A stretch of DNA of 62,482 nt, counting the filler, from Folioceros fuciformis (lineage: Eukaryota): assembly GCA_049999805.1 (NCBI GenBank). It is 3 parts of 2 records of this genome, joined end to end, with 100 filler letters (N's around TTAATTAATTAA, not from the genome) between each part and the next. Parts side by side here need not be neighbours in the genome. Positions count along the whole stretch, not along the records: positions 50,868 to 62,482 come from JBNGIO010006289.1; 2 more parts are not named here. The stretch is one strand, 5' to 3'. The position numbers and the translations under genes are program-made. The notes below the pieces were generated by a model. It ran no database searches. It had not been told where the DNA came from and saw only the letters and a program-made list of their open reading frames with translations. This document shows positions 56,401-62,482 of the stretch, piece by piece; within the stretch, counting starts at the first letter, position 1, and every line of letters starts with the position of its first letter.

Positions 56401-59050
56401 TGCTACAGACTGGTGCAAATTATTGGTAACATGTCCACTTCTGATTCCACTGGCTGATTTTGCGGGATACGTTTCTGTGCTTATCCATGCTAGCTGGGCT
56501 TAACTTAACGGTTTAGTTCTACAGGAACAAAATCACAGCCAGAGGTCTACAAGGCAGGACGGAAAATGACAGACGTTGTTCTAGAGATCCTCAACTTGCA
56601 GAAGAAGGAGGAGGTCACTGTTGACCTTGTATCAAACCAAGACTTTACTGAGGTCAGCTAGAACTGCTAATGGTCGAGACAGTTGGAATGGTGTTGATGC
56701 TTCCTCGGGAGAGTAGTGCGCATGTCTCGGCAGTCTGTGTTTCTTTGAGTCCTGCTCTGTCAGCTTTGTGATTTTATTCGTTTACAGTTTACATTCGCGG
56801 CTGTCTGCCTGATTTTTGTCACCTATAATAGGCTTCTTGAGCATGTCGCTGACATCCCTCTTTTGTCCTTTCAGGAAGAATGCCAGAGGTTGCGGCAAAG
56901 CATAAAATGCGGGTTCATAAAAGCACCTACTGTGGTATGTACTCTTTGTGGTATCGATAGACTCTTGTTCTTGAGCAAGAGCTGTGGCGAAGGTTTGAGA
57001 CTAGACACATTTTACATGATGCTCAATTGTTTGCAGGGAGAGCTAGAAGAAAAAGCCATGGCTCTTCAGGCTGCGAAGTTTAATGATGTATGTCTTTTCA
57101 GTTGGCGTACACACTCCTGCTGCCTATCACTATATCCCCACTACTTCGGTGAACTCCGGACCTGTGTTCTTCCTACCTTCTGAGATGTTTGCCTTGCTTT
57201 GCAGTGGTTTGAAACTGAGCAGGCCAGACTTACTAGCCTTAGGGACCGTGCAAGTGAAACTGGACGGAAAAAAGAATATCCTTTTGGTCGTGTCGTTGAA
57301 TTTCACGCTTATGGTAATAGCTTTGGGCATGAGTCATTGCATAGCTGGTGTTACCACTTCCTCTGTTTGCAATTATTGGTGAAGTACTCGCCTTAACCCC
57401 TTCCTGGATGCACATTGAGAGAATGTGTGGAGAAGCTGAAGGAGCTTAACAAACCATCATTCCGAGCTGCTAAACTACTAGCCAGACCTGAAGTGGCTGC
57501 CGATCCCCGTATGGATCCTGCATACGAGTCTGACTCGGACAACAAGCATAACAGTGATCCAGGTATTCATGATGAGAGTTAACAGCGGTTGATGTGGGTT
57601 GATGACCTGGACTTAATTAATATGTGATGGTTCGGTATCTTTGTGGACAGATACATGGGATAAGAGCCCTTCTCGTGGAAAAGACAAGGACGCATACGAC
57701 AATGCGGATGATAGTCATGCAATGAAAGGGGACCGGGACAGCCTCAGGTCTAAACACTCTTCTCAAGAGAAAAAAAGTAGATCCAAAGATGACCACGCAG
57801 AGCGAGCTAATGCTAAGGTTTCATTTGGTCAAACAAAGGTGTACGGTGGGGAAAGTGATGCACGTGCAGAAAGGGAGAAGAAAAGGAGCACATGGGACAA
57901 AGATCTTTGGCGAAACCAGCGAGATCAACCCCGAGAGCGGTCAGGCGTTTCCAGTTGGAAGGGAACAGAGAGGGGTGCTCCTTCATTTGACAGATGGTTG
58001 GAGAAATCTGAGATAACGTCAAGCAGTCAGTTCAACAGGGCTGATCCCAGGGTTTCATACTCTGATCCAACTATCACGGAAGAACGAGGAGAATTTCCTT
58101 ACAAGCGAGAGACACTGCTGGCTGCCTCGTCATTGATGGCCGCTGTACCAAATCTTGTTGGTGTTCCACCAGCAGCTCAAGTAACTGCGGCAGTTGGAGA
58201 TGCCTTGGAGAAGGAGAGAGCGTGGCACTACCGTGATCCCCAAGGCAACCTGCAAGGTCCTTTTAGCATGGAACAACTAAGGAAATGGAACACAACAGGA
58301 CTTTTCCCTGTTGACTTGAGGATATGGAAATCATCGCAGGATGACTCTTTGTTACTGACTGATGCCTTGGCTGGGTCAAATCTTAGACAGGTGCGAGATG
58401 TTCGAAGTTCCATTCCTCAAGTTAATCCTCTGGTGGACTACAGTGTCCAGTTGCAAGGTGGTTCCCAATTTGCCCTTGGTGGTACAACAGCTGCCGTGAA
58501 TGGTGGTGGGATGTCCAACAGGTTGGTTGAGGCATGGCCAGAGAACGGAGGAGCCACCAGTTGGGGTGGTCGAGAAGGTGCTGACCCTGTAAGCAGGGTA
58601 GCCAGCTGGGGTGCAGGCATTGGGGGCGATCGTGTAGCTCGACCTGCACGGGTGGATTGGGACGGTGCGGGCACCAGGGTGGATCCTTCTTTCCAGCCAA
58701 GGCTGAAAACTGAAGGTGGGTTGTGGTCTCCCACAGAGCCAGAGAACATGCAGAAAGAGGTGGAAGTTTGGCCGCCAACCAATAGAATGGTGGGGAATGG
58801 GGTTTGGAGTAGCAAGGGGGTTGAGAGCGTTCCTAGGAGCCCTCCTAGAAGCTCTGGAGGTTGGGGCTCCCCTCGTGACGGTGGGAGTGGAAGGCCAAGC
58901 TGGAGAACCCACGACGATGACAGGCGTGATAGTGCACGAATTAGTAGAGCGTCCAGTTATGCAACAAGAGAGGCTAGAAAAGAGACTCCCTGCAAATTTT
59001 TTAAGAACGGTTATTGCAAACGAGGGGATACTTGCCATTTTATGCATTGA
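53456..59050 (+). CDS. NERD: NERD-like zinc finger CCCH protein (PHD, SWIB, Plus3, GYF, CCCH), multi-exon
   Basis: PHD EEDVCFMCFDGGDLVLCDR|..CPKAYHLDC..|WHYC; SWIB GWASKELIDF..IYCDEKLQALFG; Plus3 FVRIRV..YRLVQI; GYF WHYRDPQGNLQGPFSMEQLRKW; CCCH CKFFKNGYCKRGDTCHFMH. Confidence 0.93.
57276..57413 (+). other. U12-type AT-AC intron
   Basis: 5' site ATATCCTTT, branch point GCCTTAAC at 57390-57397, 3' AC. Splicing gives in-frame GRKKE|LRECVEKL. Confidence 0.93.
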
Positions 59051-59534
59051 TGGAGATCCAACCTTCGTAGTGTCTGAGTAGTAAATCATCTTTAGACCTG
59101 ATTAACTGCGGTCCCATTATGAATTGGGGGCAGGTACGTTTCTTCGTGAATATATATTTGAATGTAAGCTCTCTTCCGGGTAGTCATGTGACCTGCATAT
59201 ACTTGATTGTGTAAAAATGTACATACAGCCTTCCTACCCACGGTGTCAGTTAGGGCGTTTAAGTTAAGCTGTCAGGAAGGACGGATGTTGACGGGTTTTA
59301 CGCCTATCGGTGCTTGTTCGTGAGCTGAACCCTACGTTCCCGACTCGTGGAAAATCATTTGGGCAACGCAACGGCAAATATCGCATTTACATATAAGCCT
59401 TAAATAACATATATACCCAAGTCCACAGAAAAAGGGAAAAAATAAAAAATAAAACAGAGGAGGGAAGTGCGCCTGGCGTCCTCCCGTATATAACCCTAGC
59501 ACGACGGCACGGGAGGGTCACAGCCAGAGGGTCT

Positions 59535-62436
59535 TCACCTCCAGAAGGGATTCTCGAGCGGTTGTACAACAGCCTTCACCTGTAAGTAGTTCTGAAGACC
59601 ATAAACACCCTTTTCCCTCCCTAACCCACTCTGCTTGTAACCTCCGAAGGGAATGGCGGCGTCGAAGACGTCGTAGCAGTTGAGCCACACGGTTCCGACT
59701 CTTAATGCGCGGCTCAGCGTGTTAGCAGTGCTCAGGTTGTTGGTGTACACCCCAGCTGCCAGTCCATAGATGGTATCGTTTGCCCTCCTTGCCACTTCCT
59801 CCAGGGTTCTGCAACAGCAGCACCATGAGCTCGCCCTTCTGTTTGCCTACGTCTACGTACAGGCAGTTTGTCTGGTCAAACCTGGAGAGCTGCAGTCTCA
59901 CCTGAACTTCGTGATGATCTGAACTGGTCCGAAGATCTCTTCCTGAGAGATGGTCATGTTATCCTGACACAGGGAGAGTCACAGCATCGGTTATGTGGTC
60001 AGGAGATGTCGATATGAAGAGTGCAGGCCCGCAGGTTACCTTCACATCCGAGAAAATGGTTGGCTGGATGTAGTAACCCTTCTTGCCAAACCTTTGGCCC
60101 CCAGTCACTAGCGTTGCACCTTCGTGCTGTCCTTGGTCGATGTACCCCAAGATTTTCTTGAATTGCTCTGCATCTACCTGCAACAGGCACAAACTTGAGT
60201 TGGCCCTTTTCAGCATACAGTACTCGATACGAGCTCTTGAAGCAACCTTACTTGGGGACCCTGCTCAATTCCGCTCCTGAAGGGGTCTCCTACAATTCGC
60301 TTGAGGGCTCGATTCTTCGCCTTCTCAAGGAACTCGTCGTAGATACTCTCGTGAACAAAAGTTCTGGATCCAGCACAACAACATTGACCCTGCATGTATC
60401 AACTGTCAGAATGGTGCACCACCAAAAGCTCAAATACTCACACAAGTACAAGACAGACCTGATTGAAGAAGAGGGCAAAATGAGCTGTCTCGACGGCAGC
60501 ATCTACATTAGCATCTGCGCAGACGATGAAAGGTGACTTCCCACCGAGTTCCAGAGTCACCGCCTTCAGGTTACTTCGGGCAGCCGACTGCTGAATCAGC
60601 TTCCCAACTTCCGTTGAGCCAGTGAACGCAATCTGACAAAAGACGGTGAGAGTTTGCACATGTTGTAAGCCCGACAGACAAACACCGACAGCCATTATGG
60701 ACCTGAAAATATTCAGCTAGCTTAGGGACGACAGGAAAGATAGGGCAGTAGGAACGAATGCCTCACCTTGTCGATGTCATTATGACCTGATATGGCAGCA
60801 CCTGCAGTCGGACCATAGCCTGATATGATGTTGAGAACCCCTGGTGGCAACCCAGCCTGAAGACAACATGGACTGGAAAATCATTTTCGCGGACTGTGGC
60901 ATTACTTCAAATCTACTGACAAGACTGCCGTATCGTACCTCGAGAGCCAGCTTGCCAGCCAGTATTGCTGAAAGCGGGGTCTGCTCAGCAGTTTTCAAAA
61001 CGACGGTGTTCCCTGCAGCCAGAGCAGGAGCTACCTTCCACGCAAACATTACCAAGGGGAAATTCCATGGAATGATCTGACCCACTACCCCAATCGGCTC
61101 ATGGTACGTTTGGACATGGTACAATCCATCCGAGGGAATAGTTAAACCGTGTATCTTATCAACCCAACCTGCCAACAGTCGAGGGAAGCGGGCTGGGGTC
61201 AAAGCGGACAAACTACACAGCAGCTTTTGATACCCCTTTTGTAGCAGCAGGCACAAACCGCTTGCAAGGACGGCTGCCGACCTGTTCAAGACCTGGAAGC
61301 GGAAAGTGTTGGGCGGTGCACCCTACCTGCATAGTAGCGGAAATTCCTGACGACTGAAGGAATTTCACCATCTCTGGCTTGAGCGTACGGTTTCCCGTTA
61401 TCCCACGTATCGAGTGCAGCAAGCTCGTCGTTGTGCTGCTCCAGAAGATCAGCAAATCGGTTCAGAATTTTCGACCTTTCCTGTTGTACCAGAAAACGTA
61501 AAAAACTCCATCAGTAGAGTCAGGCTGGAATGAACCGGCCTCGCTTTTGATGAAGGACCAGTTTTCTTGCAAGAGAGCAAAGCGAGGGCAATTCAAATTC
61601 CATACATAGGCAGACAATCTCGGCCATGGACCCTCGTTGAAAGCCTTCCTAGCAGCAGCGACAGCTCTATTCACGTCTTCTTCATCACCCTCCGCTACAT
61701 GCGCAATAACTTCTTCTGTTCGTGGGTCCACCGTGGGGAACGTCTTCCCTGCCAAGGAGCTTCTGTTCAGAGTTCAAGCGTCGCCACCAGCACCAAGACC
61801 TTGCCGGCAAGGAAGCACTAACGATATATCACGGTACCAGAAGCTGCATCGACAAATTCTCCATTGATCAGCAGCTTTGTGTACTTGACTTCAAAAGGTG
61901 ACTTGAGGGGTTCTTCCTCGTCCGCAGCCGCAAAGCCATACCCACGCGCTAGCACCGTCGGAAGGAGTCTCCCGCTCGTCCACACTGGAATGCAGAGAGA
62001 CAGAGTGAAATACATAAGCCCATAAGCACATCACGTACAACCCTCCGCGTCCTTCGCATTTCCAGCAAAATGGCCAGTCATTCCGCGCCCCCACAGAACC
62101 AAACTGTGAACGGCCTTCCAAGCGCAAATCCAGCTCAGCTGGTCTGGGCGACAAAGAAGCTTCATCCACGCAGTCGATCCCACCTCATAGAAATCATGGA
62201 TTGCCAGGGGGTCGGGCCCGGCACAGTCTTTCCACAGCCACCAACACAAGCTTTGAGCTAACTGCTCAGCTACTCTACATGCAGCGCTTTGCCCAGCACC
62301 GGGACTAAGCCAGCGGGTTGGGAGATTGGAGCATACGAGCTTGCTGCGAGCTGGAGGCGCGAGGCCCCTGCGAGCGCAAGATGGAGAAAGCGAGCTTGGA
62401 GATAGCTCCGCGCGAACGGACTCCGGCGAACGCCAT
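59535..62436 (-). CDS. ALDH2B: Mitochondrial aldehyde dehydrogenase family 2 member B, multi-exon
   Basis: Arg/Ser-rich presequence [23 protein letters not shown]; motifs [43 protein letters not shown], catalytic Glu in [10 protein letters not shown], catalytic Cys in [12 protein letters not shown], and PFGGYKQSG. Confidence 0.96.
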
Positions 62437-62482
62437 GCTTCTCGCCGCGCACCAGCACCAAAATCTGCCTCTGCCTTAGCTC

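Noticed and set aside
58376-59089. Long antisense ORFs (237 aa here; also 12877-13536 and 53237-53806)
   Set aside because: Shadow frames of well-supported genes on the opposite strand, with no recognisable motifs.

Overview
This is nuclear DNA from a non-seed land plant, most consistent with a hornwort (inference from short ~70-150 nt introns, ~50% GC genes, and PLS-class PPR genes with WW-type C-termini and lengthened L motifs). Two N-runs carry the artificial six-frame-stop spacer TTAATTAATTAA, so the window is three separately assembled pieces: 1-21262, 21363-50767 and 50868-62482. Piece 1 holds a Copia 5' remnant, decayed repeats, two PLS-PPR RNA-editing-type genes, two decayed PPR fragments, a CDC48B-like AAA ATPase, and the 5' part of a large conserved uncharacterised gene. 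Piece 2 starts with nested retroelements: a probable LTR carrying a 22-bp palindromic array, a LINE 3' end, a Tnt1-like Copia and a second LINE. These are followed by a locally duplicated block of DUF674 genes and small secreted Cys/Pro-rich peptide genes, a third PPR gene, an uncharacterised gene and a DnaJ10-like gene. Piece 3 holds an intronless orphan ORF, a NERD-like PHD/SWIB/Plus3/GYF/CCCH gene with an AT-AC (U12) intron, and mitochondrial ALDH2B. The best novelty candidate is a 74-aa prepropeptide at 40769-40993: signal peptide, RRLL site, 4 Cys, SPPPPP tail. All family calls come from motif recognition by eye; no searches were run.
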